Source: Alistipes sp.
Lineage (GTDB): Bacteria; Bacteroidota; Bacteroidia; Bacteroidales; Rikenellaceae
Assembly: GCA_017536605.1 (NCBI GenBank)
Contig: JAFXHB010000083.1
Span: forward strand, 1 to 40,349
Direction of reading: 5' to 3'
Length of the DNA stretch: 40,349 bases
Under the pieces are notes generated by a model. It was not told the DNA's origin. It made no database searches and saw nothing but the letters and a program-made list of their open reading frames with translations. The position numbers were made by a program, and so were the translations under genes. Shown here piece after piece: positions 9,925 to 20,057 of this stretch. The number at the start of each line of letters is the position of its first letter. Position 1 is the first letter of the stretch.

Positions 9925-9971
9925 CAAAAGTAACAATTATTTTGGCAACTCTCGCAGATTTTGTATATTTG
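9925..9971. promoter_or_regulatory. Overlapping divergent sigmaA-type promoters (SUI1 gene / DUF4435 gene)
   Basis: Minus: TACTTTTG at 9932-9925. Plus: TTTG 9941-9944, 19-nt spacer, TATATTTG 9964-9971. Confidence 0.65.
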
Positions 9972-9993
9972 TAGAGAGAAAAATGGGAGTTTT

Positions 9994-11055
9994 ATGACAA
10001 CTCGTAGTGTGAATAAAGCGCGTAAGCGCGAGGAGAGGCTTGAAAAAATGAGGGCGAAAGCCCTCCTGCGCAGCAAAGTAGATGTTGAAACATTACCTCC
10101 TGCCATACCGATAGACGACGGTAGAAGGTTGGTACGTGTCTTTGTTGAGGGGTATGAGGATGTGGCATTTTGGCGTGGTATCTTTGACCACTTCAACAAC
10201 CCGCATCTCCGCTTTGAGATATCGGTGCCGACGCGTGAGGACCTACCAAAGGGCAAGAAGGTCTTGCTCTCAATGGCGGATAGGGCAAACGAGGAGTTGT
10301 TGCTCTGTATGGACTCGGACTTTGACTACCTCTTTGAGGAGGAGGACGAGATGTCGCGAAGAATCGTTGAGTCGCCATTTATGTTCCACACCTACACCTA
10401 CGCTACGGAGAACTATCTCTGCTACGCTCCGTCGCTTCACAACGTCTGTGTCAAGGCTGTGAAGAATGATGCCCATATCTTTGATTTTGAGAAATTTATG
10501 CGAGAGTATTCGCGTGCCATATATCCACTGTTTTTGTGGTATGCCTACTCTGCATCGCGCAATACGGAGAGTGTCTTTACGCTGGTAGATTTCAAGGCTT
10601 CGGTACGGCTCGGATACCTCGATATTGTGGAGAATGGAGCCAACACCATTGCGTGGTTGAAGCGCAATGTGGAACGCCGATTGCAGATGTTGTCGTCCGA
10701 CCACCCGGAGATGTCGTCGGAGATACCCGCCTTTGCGGAGCGAATGCGCAAAAAGGGGGTAGAGCCGGAGAACACCTACCTCTATATGCACGGACATACA
10801 CTGATGGATTGTGTGGTGATGCGACTGTTGGAGGGTGTCTGCGAAAAGTTGCGCCAAATCTCCTTGCAGAAGATTATTGCCTCCTCAAAGGAGGGTGTTG
10901 CATTGAAGAACGAGATAAGCAACTATACCAACTCTTTGCGCTCCATACGAGATGTGTTGCTTGACAACGAAAACTATACCGACAGCCCGCTATATGCACG
11001 ATTGAAGGCGGATATACAATACTATATAGACACTACGATAGCGAAAATGAAATAA
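9994..11055 (+). CDS. DUF4435-family TOPRIM-fold protein
   Basis: VFVEGYEDVAFW (TOPRIM Glu), GKKVLL, CMDSDFDYL (DxD), TYTYATENY; start placed at the first in-frame ATG after the promoter. Confidence 0.75.
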   Translation: MTTRSVNKARKREERLEKMRAKALLRSKVDVETLPPAIPIDDGRRLVRVFVEGYEDVAFWRGIFDHFNNPHLRFEISVPTREDLPKGKKVLLSMADRANEELLLCMDSDFDYLFEEEDEMSRRIVESPFMFHTYTYATENYLCYAPSLHNVCVKAVKNDAHIFDFEKFMREYSRAIYPLFLWYAYSASRNTESVFTLVDFKASVRLGYLDIVENGANTIAWLKRNVERRLQMLSSDHPEMSSEIPAFAERMRKKGVEPENTYLYMHGHTLMDCVVMRLLEGVCEKLRQISLQKIIASSKEGVALKNEISNYTNSLRSIRDVLLDNENYTDSPLYARLKADIQYYIDTTIAKMK

Positions 11056-11074
11056 AAGTTGTATATTTGCGCCG

Positions 11075-12100
11075 ATGAATATAGAGATTGAAAAGATAGA
11101 GAGTCTTAAAAGACTCCTTGCCGAGCCTTGTAAAGTGGTTATCGTGGGACATACAAATCCCGATGGTGATGCGATAGGCTCGTCGTTAGCATTGGCGGAA
11201 GTTCTACGTCGGAGAGGTCATTCGGTGCTTTGCTCTGTGCCTAACAACTTCCCTTACTATTTGCGTTGGATACCATCTTCGGAGGAGTTGATAATATATC
11301 GCAATGATGAGGAGCATAGGGTTGATAGTGCGGTTGCGGAGGCCGATGTGATTATATGTGCCGATATGAACGCCCTGACTCGTGCCGACGAACTCGGAGC
11401 GATGGTAGCAAAGAATACCACCGCCAAGCGCGTGCTTATTGACCACCACCTTCAACCGGCAGACTACTTTGATATCTCGTTCTCCCATCCGGAGGTGTCA
11501 AGTACAGCCTTTTTGATGTACTCGGTGATTGTCGCGCTCTATGGTAAGGAGGTGATATCGCAGACCGTGGCGACTCAACTCTATGTCGGTATGATGACCG
11601 ATACGGGTAACTTCGCCTTCTCAAATCTTACACCGGACCTCTTTGAGGGTGTGGCGGCGTTGGCTGCTACGGGGATAGATATTCCGACCATCTACAACAA
11701 CGTCTATAACTCATTTACCGAGGGTCGTGCGCGACTCTTCGGATATGCCATAAATCGGAAAATGAAGACTCTGCTCGGCGGTCGGGTGGCATATATGTCG
11801 CTTACCGAGGAGGAGATGCGCCGCTTCTGGTTCCAACAGGGCGACAACGAGGGCTTTGTGAACTATCCGCTTACGATAAAGAAGATGAAGATGTCGGCGA
11901 TGTTTACAGCGCAGCAGGGCTTTATCCGTGTGTCGCTCCGTTCGCGTGGCGATGTGAATGTCGATACCTTCGCTCGCCGTTACTTCAACGGAGGTGGTCA
12001 TAAAAACGCCGCAGGCGGAAAGTCGTTTGTATCTATGGAGGAGACGATTGAACACTACATAAAATCGGTACAGGAGTTCCACGAGGAGGGGTTGGTATAA
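11075..12100 (+). CDS. nrnA: DHH/DHHA1 phosphoesterase (NrnA-like oligoribonuclease/pAp phosphatase)
   Basis: HTNPDGDAIGS, IDHH, TDTGNF, VSLRS, GGGHKNAAG. Confidence 0.9.
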   Translation: MNIEIEKIESLKRLLAEPCKVVIVGHTNPDGDAIGSSLALAEVLRRRGHSVLCSVPNNFPYYLRWIPSSEELIIYRNDEEHRVDSAVAEADVIICADMNALTRADELGAMVAKNTTAKRVLIDHHLQPADYFDISFSHPEVSSTAFLMYSVIVALYGKEVISQTVATQLYVGMMTDTGNFAFSNLTPDLFEGVAALAATGIDIPTIYNNVYNSFTEGRARLFGYAINRKMKTLLGGRVAYMSLTEEEMRRFWFQQGDNEGFVNYPLTIKKMKMSAMFTAQQGFIRVSLRSRGDVNVDTFARRYFNGGGHKNAAGGKSFVSMEETIEHYIKSVQEFHEEGLV

Positions 12101-13947
12101 TGAAAAAGGGTTCAATGATGAATATATACTTGCGCCTGCTTGACTTTGCCAAGCCGATAAGCAGATATGCTGTGCCATATTTCATCTTTTCGGCACTGCA
12201 CGCGTTGTTCAACACCTTCAACTACGCGATGATTATGCCTATCCTGAACGCAATGTTCGATGAGCACTATAAATTTCAGCCGATATACGAAATGCCGGCA
12301 CTCTCGTTTAAGGGGGTAGTGTTGCAGGAGTGGCTCAACTACTTCTACACCTATACTTTCGGTACGGAGTGGAAGGTTACCAACGTGCTTGCAATGTTGG
12401 CGGTGATTCTTATCGCGATGAATCTGCTCTCGAACCTCTTCCGCTACCTCGGTGGATATACTGTTGAGCAGTTGCGCGTAACGACTGTTCAGCGTATGCG
12501 TAATGCGATGTTTGATAGCGTGATATGCAAAGATGTTGGCTATTTCAGCGACCAGCGCAAGGGAGATATTATGTCGCGCATAACCTCCGACGTATTGGTT
12601 GTGCAATACTGTATTACCAACACTTTGCAGGTGGCATTCCGCGAGCCGTTCCTCATTATTGGATATATCGTTTTGATGTTGAGCATATCGTGGGAGTTGG
12701 CACTCTTCTCGGTCTTCTTCTTGCCATTGGTGGGACTGCTTATCGGAAACATCGTGAAGAAGTTGCGCCACCCTGCAAGTTTAAGTCAAAGACGTATGGG
12801 TGAGTTGGTGAGTGTGCTTGATGAGTCGCTCGGAGGTATTAAAATTGTTAAGACCTACACTGCAACGGAGTATATAAAGGAGAAGTTTCACGATATAAAT
12901 ACCGACCTGTCAAAGATCTTGCTTTGGATGGCTCGCCGTCAGCAGTTGGCATCGCCAATGAGTGAGTTCCTCGGCATTACGGCGGTGGCGATTATCCTGA
13001 TATTCGGAGGCTCGCTTGTGATGAAGGGGTCGTTGAGTGCTGCGGGCTTCATCGCCTTTATTGCCGCCTTCTCGCAAATTACACGCCCTGTTCGCGCCTT
13101 TATTGACCAATTCGCAAGCGTTAATCAAGGTGTAGCAGCGGGCGAGCGTATCTTTGCACTGCTTGATGGCAAAAACGAGATTAACGACGCACCCGATGCA
13201 AAGGAGTTTAAGGGCTTTAACGATAAGATAGAGTTCCGTAATGTGCGCTTCTCTTACGACAAATCGCGTGAGATTATTCGCGGTGTATCGTTTGAGGTGC
13301 GTAAAGGCGAAACGGTGGCTCTGGTAGGTCCTTCGGGTGGAGGAAAATCTACGTTGAGCGAGTTGATGGAGCGATTCTACGACGCCGATGCCGGCGAAAT
13401 CCTTATTGACGGGGTCTCTATACACGACTATAAGCAAGATTCGTTGCGCTCGGCGATGAGCCTTGTATCGCAGGAGACGGTGCTATTCAACGACACTATA
13501 AAGAGCAATATAATGCTTGGTCGTCGTGATGCTACCGACGAGGAGGTTATTGAGGCGTGCAAGGTGGCAAATGCCCACAACTTTATAATGGAGAGTCCGG
13601 AGGGTTACGACACAAATATCGGAGATCGCGGAGCGAAACTGTCGGGTGGTCAGCGTCAGCGTTTGAGTATTGCCCGTGCGGTGCTGAAAAACCCGGATAT
13701 CCTTATCCTTGACGAGGCGACTTCGGCTCTTGATACCGAGAGCGAGAAACTTGTTCAAGATGCCTTGAATAAGTTGTTGAAGGGGCGTACCTCGGTGGTT
13801 ATTGCTCACCGATTGAGTACCATTCAAAATGCCGATAAAATTATCGTGGTTGATGATGGTCAGATTGTGGAGCAGGGACGACACGAAGAACTTATTGCAA
13901 AGGGCGGTGTCTATGCTCACTTGATAGAGTTGCAGAGTCTGAAATAA
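12100..13947 (+). CDS. ABC transporter, fused permease/ATPase (MsbA-like)
   Basis: Six TM segments, GPSGGGKST, LSGGQRQR, ILDEATSALD, IAHRLST. Confidence 0.92.
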   Translation: MKKGSMMNIYLRLLDFAKPISRYAVPYFIFSALHALFNTFNYAMIMPILNAMFDEHYKFQPIYEMPALSFKGVVLQEWLNYFYTYTFGTEWKVTNVLAMLAVILIAMNLLSNLFRYLGGYTVEQLRVTTVQRMRNAMFDSVICKDVGYFSDQRKGDIMSRITSDVLVVQYCITNTLQVAFREPFLIIGYIVLMLSISWELALFSVFFLPLVGLLIGNIVKKLRHPASLSQRRMGELVSVLDESLGGIKIVKTYTATEYIKEKFHDINTDLSKILLWMARRQQLASPMSEFLGITAVAIILIFGGSLVMKGSLSAAGFIAFIAAFSQITRPVRAFIDQFASVNQGVAAGERIFALLDGKNEINDAPDAKEFKGFNDKIEFRNVRFSYDKSREIIRGVSFEVRKGETVALVGPSGGGKSTLSELMERFYDADAGEILIDGVSIHDYKQDSLRSAMSLVSQETVLFNDTIKSNIMLGRRDATDEEVIEACKVANAHNFIMESPEGYDTNIGDRGAKLSGGQRQRLSIARAVLKNPDILILDEATSALDTESEKLVQDALNKLLKGRTSVVIAHRLSTIQNADKIIVVDDGQIVEQGRHEELIAKGGVYAHLIELQSLK

Positions 13948-13972
13948 GACTCCCTACGGATTTGAAATGTAA

Positions 13973-14009
13973 GAAGAGTGGATATTGGATACCCACTCTT
14001 CATTTTTTT
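13973..14009 (+). terminator. Intrinsic terminator between the convergent MsbA-like gene and gcvH
   Basis: gaagagtgg / ccactcttc stem followed by a T run. Confidence 0.7.
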
Positions 14010-14024
14010 GTCGATTATTTATGA

Positions 14025-14408
14025 CTATTTCGCGATAAATGCGGCGTACTCCTCTGCCGAGAGAAGTGCATCAACCTCCGATGGGTTTGACATCGCAATC
14101 TTTACCATCCAGCCCTCGCCGTATGGGTCCTTGTTTACGAGTGCAGGGTCTGCGTCAATAGCAGGATTTACCTCTACAACCTCGCCCGAAACAGGGGTGA
14201 AAGCGTCAGATACGGTCTTTACGGCCTCGATAGTTCCGAAGATATCGCCGGCAGCCAAGGTCTCGCCCTCGGTTTGGATATCAACAAATACGATATCGCC
14301 CAACTCGCTCTGCGCAAAGTCGGTAATACCAACATAGGCGAACTCGCCCTCAACTCGACACCACTCGTGGTCATTCGAGTATTTCAATTCAGCAGGAATG
14401 TTTGACAT
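14025..14408 (-). CDS. gcvH: Glycine cleavage system H protein (lipoyl carrier)
   Basis: [29 protein letters not shown] (lipoyl Lys), [10 protein letters not shown]. Confidence 0.96.
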   Translation of the reverse strand: MSNIPAELKYSNDHEWCRVEGEFAYVGITDFAQSELGDIVFVDIQTEGETLAAGDIFGTIEAVKTVSDAFTPVSGEVVEVNPAIDADPALVNKDPYGEGWMVKIAMSNPSEVDALLSAEEYAAFIAK

Positions 14409-14507
14409 AATCTATATGGTTTTTTAGTTGTTTCTTATTAGGGACGTTAGAGGCGTTAGTGTTTCATTTTCTATTGCTCTCTTGCCATTAGCCTTTTGCA
14501 AATATAG

Positions 14508-15233
14508 TTAAAAAATTATAAACTCAACCTCTTTGAACAAATAATCTTTTATTGTTCCTTTCTCGTTTTCAAGGCGCAAGGCTCCGTTTGGGGCTGTGCC
14601 GAGAATCTTTGCTCGGAATCTTTCGCCAGAAGGTAGAGCGTATGTATGGTATTCTTCTAAACGATAGAGTAACTTATTATATCGCTGATGTATGGAATTT
14701 TCTTCGTTTTTAATTTCACGAAGCGTAGCGTAGTTTCGTTGCAAGTGCTTCAAGAAGCAGTGCAGAACCTCCTCTGCCTTCAACTCTCTGCCCAAGAGTT
14801 GTGCCATCGAAACGGGGTTTGGTAGTGATGCGTCAAACTCGGTCTGGTTGATGTTGATGCCGATGCCGACAATCGTACGGCGTAGGCTTGTCGGTGCGAG
14901 AGAGTGTTCAATAAGTATGCCGACCAACTTTTTGTCGCCCACATATATATCGTTAGTCCACTTTATCCGCGCCTCAATGCCATACTCCGCAAGCGTATCC
15001 ACCAACGATAACGCCACAACCTCCGACACCGAAAACTGCTCGGTAATTGGCAAAAAGGTTGGCTCCAACACCACCGAGAATGTCAGATTCTCGCCCCTCT
15101 TGGAGTGCCAAACGTGTCCGCGCTGTCCTCGCCCTGCCGTCTGAAACTCTGCCCACACGACATCACCCTCGCGATACTTCTCGTCGCGAGCATCATCGTT
15201 GGTTGATGAGGTGATGTCAAGGTGGTATATCAT
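14508..15233 (-). CDS. birA: Biotin-protein ligase without an N-terminal HTH
   Basis: SSTND, QTAGRGQRG, IKWTND, KKLVGILIE, GIGININQ. Confidence 0.92.
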   Translation of the reverse strand: MIYHLDITSSTNDDARDEKYREGDVVWAEFQTAGRGQRGHVWHSKRGENLTFSVVLEPTFLPITEQFSVSEVVALSLVDTLAEYGIEARIKWTNDIYVGDKKLVGILIEHSLAPTSLRRTIVGIGININQTEFDASLPNPVSMAQLLGRELKAEEVLHCFLKHLQRNYATLREIKNEENSIHQRYNKLLYRLEEYHTYALPSGERFRAKILGTAPNGALRLENEKGTIKDYLFKEVEFIIF

Positions 15234-15239
15234 CGCCGA

Positions 15240-15629
15240 TTACTTTACGGCAACGCAATCTATCTCAACCTTCGCACCCATCGGGAGTGCCGCCACCTCG
15301 TAGCACATACGGGCAGGCTTCTCGTTAGGGAAGAAGGTCGCATAGACGCCATTCATCGCTGCAAAATCTTTGATATCAGCGAGCAAAACGGTAGTCTTGA
15401 CTACGTTATCAAAGGAGAGTCCCGCCTCGGCAAGGATAGCACCCATATTTTTGAGCGACTGCTCGGTCTGCTCCTCTATGCTCTCCGGCATTGTTGAGGT
15501 TGTGGGGTTGATTGGCAACTGCCCCGACAGATATAGTGTCTCGGCATCGCCCGATACCAATCGTGCTTGCGAATAAGGTCCAACGGCCTTTGGTGCATCT
15601 GCTGCTGCAATGGTTGTGATTTTAGCCAT
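15240..15629 (-). CDS. RidA/YjgF-family enamine/imine deaminase
   Basis: APKAVGPYSQA, SGQLP, VVKTTV.L, MNGVY..FF, PAR, LPMGAKVEI. Confidence 0.92.
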   Translation of the reverse strand: MAKITTIAAADAPKAVGPYSQARLVSGDAETLYLSGQLPINPTTSTMPESIEEQTEQSLKNMGAILAEAGLSFDNVVKTTVLLADIKDFAAMNGVYATFFPNEKPARMCYEVAALPMGAKVEIDCVAVK

Positions 15630-15636
15630 AATATAC

Positions 15637-17568
15637 CTATTTATTCTCTGATTTCTTGTACTCTTGAACACCGTCGCGGAGGAACTTCACAAAGCCATCA
15701 ACCGAGAGGTCGTAGCCACGCGGGTTGCCTAAAATCTCTCCATCTTTGCCCTGCAAGACATAGTAGGGTTGTGCCGCCACATTGAAGCGTTTGAGGGCGT
15801 AGTGGGAGTTCTTCTTGCCGAGTGTCTTCAACACCTTGCCGTCGTCGGTCGTTACCCACTCACTCTCCGGAAGCGACATCTTGTCGTCGGTGTAGAGTGC
15901 CACTACGACATACTCGTCGCGCAAAATCTGCTGTACGGTGGCATCGGACCAGACTCTGGTCTCCATCTCGCGGCAATTTACGCAACCGTGTCCTGTGATG
16001 TCGATAAAGAGTGGCTTATTTACCTGCTTGGCATACGCCTCCGCCTCCTCTATATCAAAGAAGCCTTGCAAGCCGTGAGGTAGGTGGAGTACATCGCTAT
16101 ATTTTGCGTTGTTTGTTGCGCTCTGCGATGGGGCATACTTCTCAATCACGAAGTCCTGCGTAGAGATTGGAGGCAGATAGCCCGACAAAGCCTTCAACGG
16201 TGCGCCCCAAAGTCCCGGAATCATATAGACTACGAATGTAAATACGCCGATAGCCAACGCCAAGCGACCTACGCCGATATGTTTAACCTCGTCGTCGTGG
16301 GCAAAGCGAATCTTACCCAAGAGGTATAGACCGAGCAACGAGAATACGACAATCCAAATTGCGAGATATATCTCTCTGTCAAGCAGTCCCCAATGATATA
16401 CCTGATCGGCTGTGGAGAGGAACTTGAAGCCCAGCGCAACCTCCACAAAGCCCAACACAACCTTTACCGAGTTGAGCCAACTGCCACTCTTCGGCAACTT
16501 CTTCATAAGCGACGGGAAGAAGGCAAAGAGGGTGAATGGGAGTGCGAAGGCTACGGAGAAGGCGAACATCGTGATAATCGGAGCCCAAATCTCTCCCGAT
16601 GTCGATTTGATAAGCACCGAGCCGACGATCGGACCTGTGCAAGAGAATGACACAAGTACGAGAGTGAGTGCCATAAAGAAGGCTCCAACGATACCGCCAA
16701 TATCCGAGAGCGAGTCGCTCTTATTGACCAACTTGCTCGGCATAACAATCTCAAACGCTCCAAAGAACGAGGCGGCGAAGACCATAAATATCACGAAGAA
16801 GATGATATTCGGAAGCCAATGTGTCGCAATCCAGTTGAAGATGTCGGCAGTAACCGTATCGCCACCGAATATGCGTGTGATAATAATCAACGCAGCGATA
16901 GGGAGCGTATAGAGCAATACGATAAACAGACCGTAGAGTGAAGCGTACAGACGGCCACGAGCCGGAGAGCCGCTGCCCTTCGTGAAGAACGATACGGTCA
17001 TCGGCACCATCGGGAATACGCAAGGTGTCAGCAACGCTGCAAAGCCCCACAATATAGCCTCAACTACCAACGACCATATTGCGCTGCTATCCTCGTCGGT
17101 GGCGGACGGTGTCGCCTCTACCACCTCTGCGCCGGCTGTCGGTGCGCCTATTGTGCAGAGAATCTCGGCTTCGGTTGGCATACCGCAACCCGCATCGCTA
17201 CAAGCCATATACTCAATGGCAACCTTGACCGAAGAGCCACTCTTGCCAACAATCGCCTGTTCAAAAACAGCCTTATCCTTAAACTCTTCAATGCCATTTA
17301 CGATATATGGTGGCGTTACAACCTTAAATGCGCCCTCCAACTTCGCCCCTTCGCTTGGGGTAAAGGTGAGTGTGGTAGGGTAGCAGTCGCTGTTGGGCGT
17401 AACTCCGTAGATGTGCATCTCGGGGGCAATCTTCGCCTCAATAACGAGCGTATATCTATCGCCACCCTCCTCGCGAAGCGAGTGCGACCAGCGGACATCT
17501 TGTGCCATTGCCGAGATAGCAATGAACATAAGTGCCAAAGTAACAAGAACTCTTCTCAAATTTTTCAT
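15637..17568 (-). CDS. dsbD: Thiol:disulfide interchange protein DsbD
   Basis: Signal peptide, N-domain C-x4-C, TM-domain TPCVFPMVP and SCTGP, thioredoxin GCVNCREME. Confidence 0.92.
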   Translation of the reverse strand: MKNLRRVLVTLALMFIAISAMAQDVRWSHSLREEGGDRYTLVIEAKIAPEMHIYGVTPNSDCYPTTLTFTPSEGAKLEGAFKVVTPPYIVNGIEEFKDKAVFEQAIVGKSGSSVKVAIEYMACSDAGCGMPTEAEILCTIGAPTAGAEVVEATPSATDEDSSAIWSLVVEAILWGFAALLTPCVFPMVPMTVSFFTKGSGSPARGRLYASLYGLFIVLLYTLPIAALIIITRIFGGDTVTADIFNWIATHWLPNIIFFVIFMVFAASFFGAFEIVMPSKLVNKSDSLSDIGGIVGAFFMALTLVLVSFSCTGPIVGSVLIKSTSGEIWAPIITMFAFSVAFALPFTLFAFFPSLMKKLPKSGSWLNSVKVVLGFVEVALGFKFLSTADQVYHWGLLDREIYLAIWIVVFSLLGLYLLGKIRFAHDDEVKHIGVGRLALAIGVFTFVVYMIPGLWGAPLKALSGYLPPISTQDFVIEKYAPSQSATNNAKYSDVLHLPHGLQGFFDIEEAEAYAKQVNKPLFIDITGHGCVNCREMETRVWSDATVQQILRDEYVVVALYTDDKMSLPESEWVTTDDGKVLKTLGKKNSHYALKRFNVAAQPYYVLQGKDGEILGNPRGYDLSVDGFVKFLRDGVQEYKKSENK

Positions 17569-17594
17569 CCTTTGTCTAATATATCTTCAAGTTG

Positions 17595-17694
17595 CAAAAT
17601 TACACTAAAAAATTGAAAAAGCATTTTTTGTACTCCACAAAATTAAGATTGTGAGTTGTGAAGGTTGATATTTCTCGTAAAATTCTTACCTTTG
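17595..17694. promoter_or_regulatory. Divergent -7 promoter elements for dsbD and the desulfidase gene
   Basis: Minus TAATTTTG 17602-17595; plus TACCTTTG 17687-17694. Confidence 0.55.
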
Positions 17695-17712
17695 CTCAAT
17701 AAACGAAATGGT

Positions 17713-18999
17713 ATGACATCACTTGAACACGACAAAATCGTAGCGTTGATACGCCGAGAGGTGATTCTCTCGATAGGCTGTACCGAGCCGATGGCGGTAT
17801 CGCTCTGTGTGGCAAAGGCTTGTGAGGTGCTTGGTACGCGACCACAGCGTATGGAGGTGGCGTTGAGTGCCAATATCTTCAAAAATGCGATGGGTGTGGG
17901 TATTCCGAATAGCGGAATGACAGGTCTGCCTATTGCAGTGGCTCTCGGTGCAGTAGCGGGACACTCGGAGTATGGCTTGGAGGTGTTGCGCGATGTAGAT
18001 GCCGCTGCCGTAGAGGAGGCAAAGGGCTTCTTGGCAGAGGTCAAGCCCTCAATCTTTGTAACCGACGAGAGCGACGATATTCTATTTATAAAGGTTACTG
18101 TCGGTGCGGAGGATAGTAGTGTCGAGGTGGTTATTTCGGGTTCGCATACCAACTTCTCCTCAATTCGTCGCAATGGCGAGGAGGTTGCCGTGAATGTCGC
18201 CGTGGCGAATGCAGTAGCCGAAGAGGAGGATTTGGGTTTGACGCTTCGTAAGGTCTATGACTTTGCCGAGGAGGTGCCACTCGAAAAGATTGAGTTTATA
18301 GAGGAGGCTGTGGAGCGCAATGTCGCTGCCGCAAAACTCTCCTTCACGGGCGAGTATGGACACGGCTTGGGCAAGATGCTCCATTCGGAGAGTTCGTACG
18401 CGATATTTGGCGACACGCTATTTACCGATATTTTGGCGCACACGAGTGGTGCGTGTGATGCACGTATGAGTGGTGCTATGGTGCCGATTATGAGCAATTC
18501 GGGAAGTGGTAATCAGGGTATCTCGGCAACCGTTCCGGTAGCACGCTTTGCCAAGGCACGAGGTGTCGGTCGTGAGGAGTTATTGCGAGCCTTGATATTG
18601 AGCCACCTTACCGTTATATATATTAAGGAGAGCCTTGGTCGCCTATCGGCACTATGTGGTTGCGTGGTGGCAGCGACGGGTTCGGCGTGCGGCATTACCC
18701 GCCTGATGGGTGGAGGTTTTGCCGAGGTCTCGGGTGCGGTGAAGAATATGGTTGCCAACCTTACGGGAATGATTTGCGATGGTGCAAAGCCTTCTTGCTC
18801 GTTGAAGGTTACGAGTGGTGTCGCAACGGCGGTACTCTCGGCTACGCTGGCGATGAATCAGCGTGTAACAACCCCGTTGGAGGGTATTATAGAGGAGGAT
18901 GTTGATAACTGCATACGAAACCTCACCGAGATAGGTCGCAACGGAATGAGTGAAACAGACCGCCTAATCTTGAAGATAATGACATCAAAGGAGAGTTAA
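17713..18999 (+). CDS. L-cysteine desulfidase (YhaM/CdsB, serine dehydratase alpha-like)
   Basis: GCTEP, NIFKNAMGVGIP, DARMSG, SNSGSGNQG, GRLSALCGC, GMICDGAKPSC. Confidence 0.88.
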   Translation: MTSLEHDKIVALIRREVILSIGCTEPMAVSLCVAKACEVLGTRPQRMEVALSANIFKNAMGVGIPNSGMTGLPIAVALGAVAGHSEYGLEVLRDVDAAAVEEAKGFLAEVKPSIFVTDESDDILFIKVTVGAEDSSVEVVISGSHTNFSSIRRNGEEVAVNVAVANAVAEEEDLGLTLRKVYDFAEEVPLEKIEFIEEAVERNVAAAKLSFTGEYGHGLGKMLHSESSYAIFGDTLFTDILAHTSGACDARMSGAMVPIMSNSGSGNQGISATVPVARFAKARGVGREELLRALILSHLTVIYIKESLGRLSALCGCVVAATGSACGITRLMGGGFAEVSGAVKNMVANLTGMICDGAKPSCSLKVTSGVATAVLSATLAMNQRVTTPLEGIIEEDVDNCIRNLTEIGRNGMSETDRLILKIMTSKES

Positions 19000-19018
19000 T
19001 CAACTCTCCTCTGTTTTG
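18989..19018 (+). terminator. Hairpin terminator between the convergent desulfidase gene and batB
   Basis: aggagagtt-aatc-aactctcct followed by ctgttttg. Confidence 0.6.
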
Positions 19019-19037
19019 CTGTTTGTAGTGATAGCGA

Positions 19038-20057
19038 TTAGTTCTTCTCGAAGATATTAAATCTTTTCAGGCGAGGGTTGCGGCGTTCAAGCAGAATACC
19101 CTCAACCACGAGTAGTGCGATGGCAACCAAGAGTATCCAAGGGAACTGCTCGTTGTACTCCTCAAAGCGGAGTGTGGTCTGCTCTCCCTTCTCCATCTCG
19201 TTGATTTCATCAACAATTTTATCCAATCCGAAGTTGGCATTTGTAGCGCGTACATAGCCACCATTACCCTCGGTGGCAATATCTTGCAACAACTCCTCGT
19301 TGAGGCGCGACACGACCATATCGCCATTTTCGTCCTTGATAAACTCGCCATTAACCTTTACGGGTGCGCCCTCCGGTGAGCCGATACCTATCGTAAAGAT
19401 TGTTACGCCCTTCTCGCCGGCACGCTCTGCCGCCTCGATAGCACCGTGGTCGTGAGCCTCGCCATCGGTGATGATGACCATAACACGACTTGAATTTTCA
19501 TCATTAGAGAATGAGAGCGTCGTAAGGTCGATAGCATCGGCAAGGTTTGTTCCCTGCACACTCACAAGGTCGGTTGAGAGGCGTTTCGTGAAACTGCGTG
19601 CCATACGATAGTCGGTTGTGATTGGCAACTGCACCTTCGCCTCTCCTGCAAATACGACCATACCTACTCGGTCTTGTTGCATCTGCGAGAGTAACTTATC
19701 TATGGCGTAGCGTGTGCGGTCAAGTCGTGTCGGGGTGAAGTCCTCCGCCATCATTGAGTTGGATATATCCACCACCAACATCATCTCCACGCCGTCGCTC
19801 TTAACTTCGCGTAATTTTGTACCCAACTGCGGACGTGCTGCTGCAAAGACCACGCAGATATAGGCGAGTACAAAGAGTATATATTTTGTCCAGATGCGCC
19901 ACGAAGAGACGTCGCGCAACAGAGTCTGTACAAGTGCGATATTACCGAAGCGTTGCAGACTGCGTTTGCGCAGGCGCAGGAGTATCGCAAAGGCGACAAC
20001 CATAATCGGCACCACAAGGAGCAGCCACAGGAGGTGGGGGTTTGCAAATCTGAACAT
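19038..20057 (-). CDS. batB: BatB, vWA-domain membrane protein
   Basis: MFRFANP N-terminus, DISNSM MIDAS motif, ITDGE, C-terminal TM; TAATG overlap with batA. Confidence 0.88.
   Translation of the reverse strand: MFRFANPHLLWLLLVVPIMVVAFAILLRLRKRSLQRFGNIALVQTLLRDVSSWRIWTKYILFVLAYICVVFAAARPQLGTKLREVKSDGVEMMLVVDISNSMMAEDFTPTRLDRTRYAIDKLLSQMQQDRVGMVVFAGEAKVQLPITTDYRMARSFTKRLSTDLVSVQGTNLADAIDLTTLSFSNDENSSRVMVIITDGEAHDHGAIEAAERAGEKGVTIFTIGIGSPEGAPVKVNGEFIKDENGDMVVSRLNEELLQDIATEGNGGYVRATNANFGLDKIVDEINEMEKGEQTTLRFEEYNEQFPWILLVAIALLVVEGILLERRNPRLKRFNIFEKN

Noticed and set aside
14025-15233. gcvH plus ligase as a lipoylation or GcvH-L/sirtuin system
   Set aside because: The ligase has biotin-ligase motifs (GRGQRG, KWTND); there is no macrodomain or sirtuin; gcvH has its own promoter element (14499-14506).
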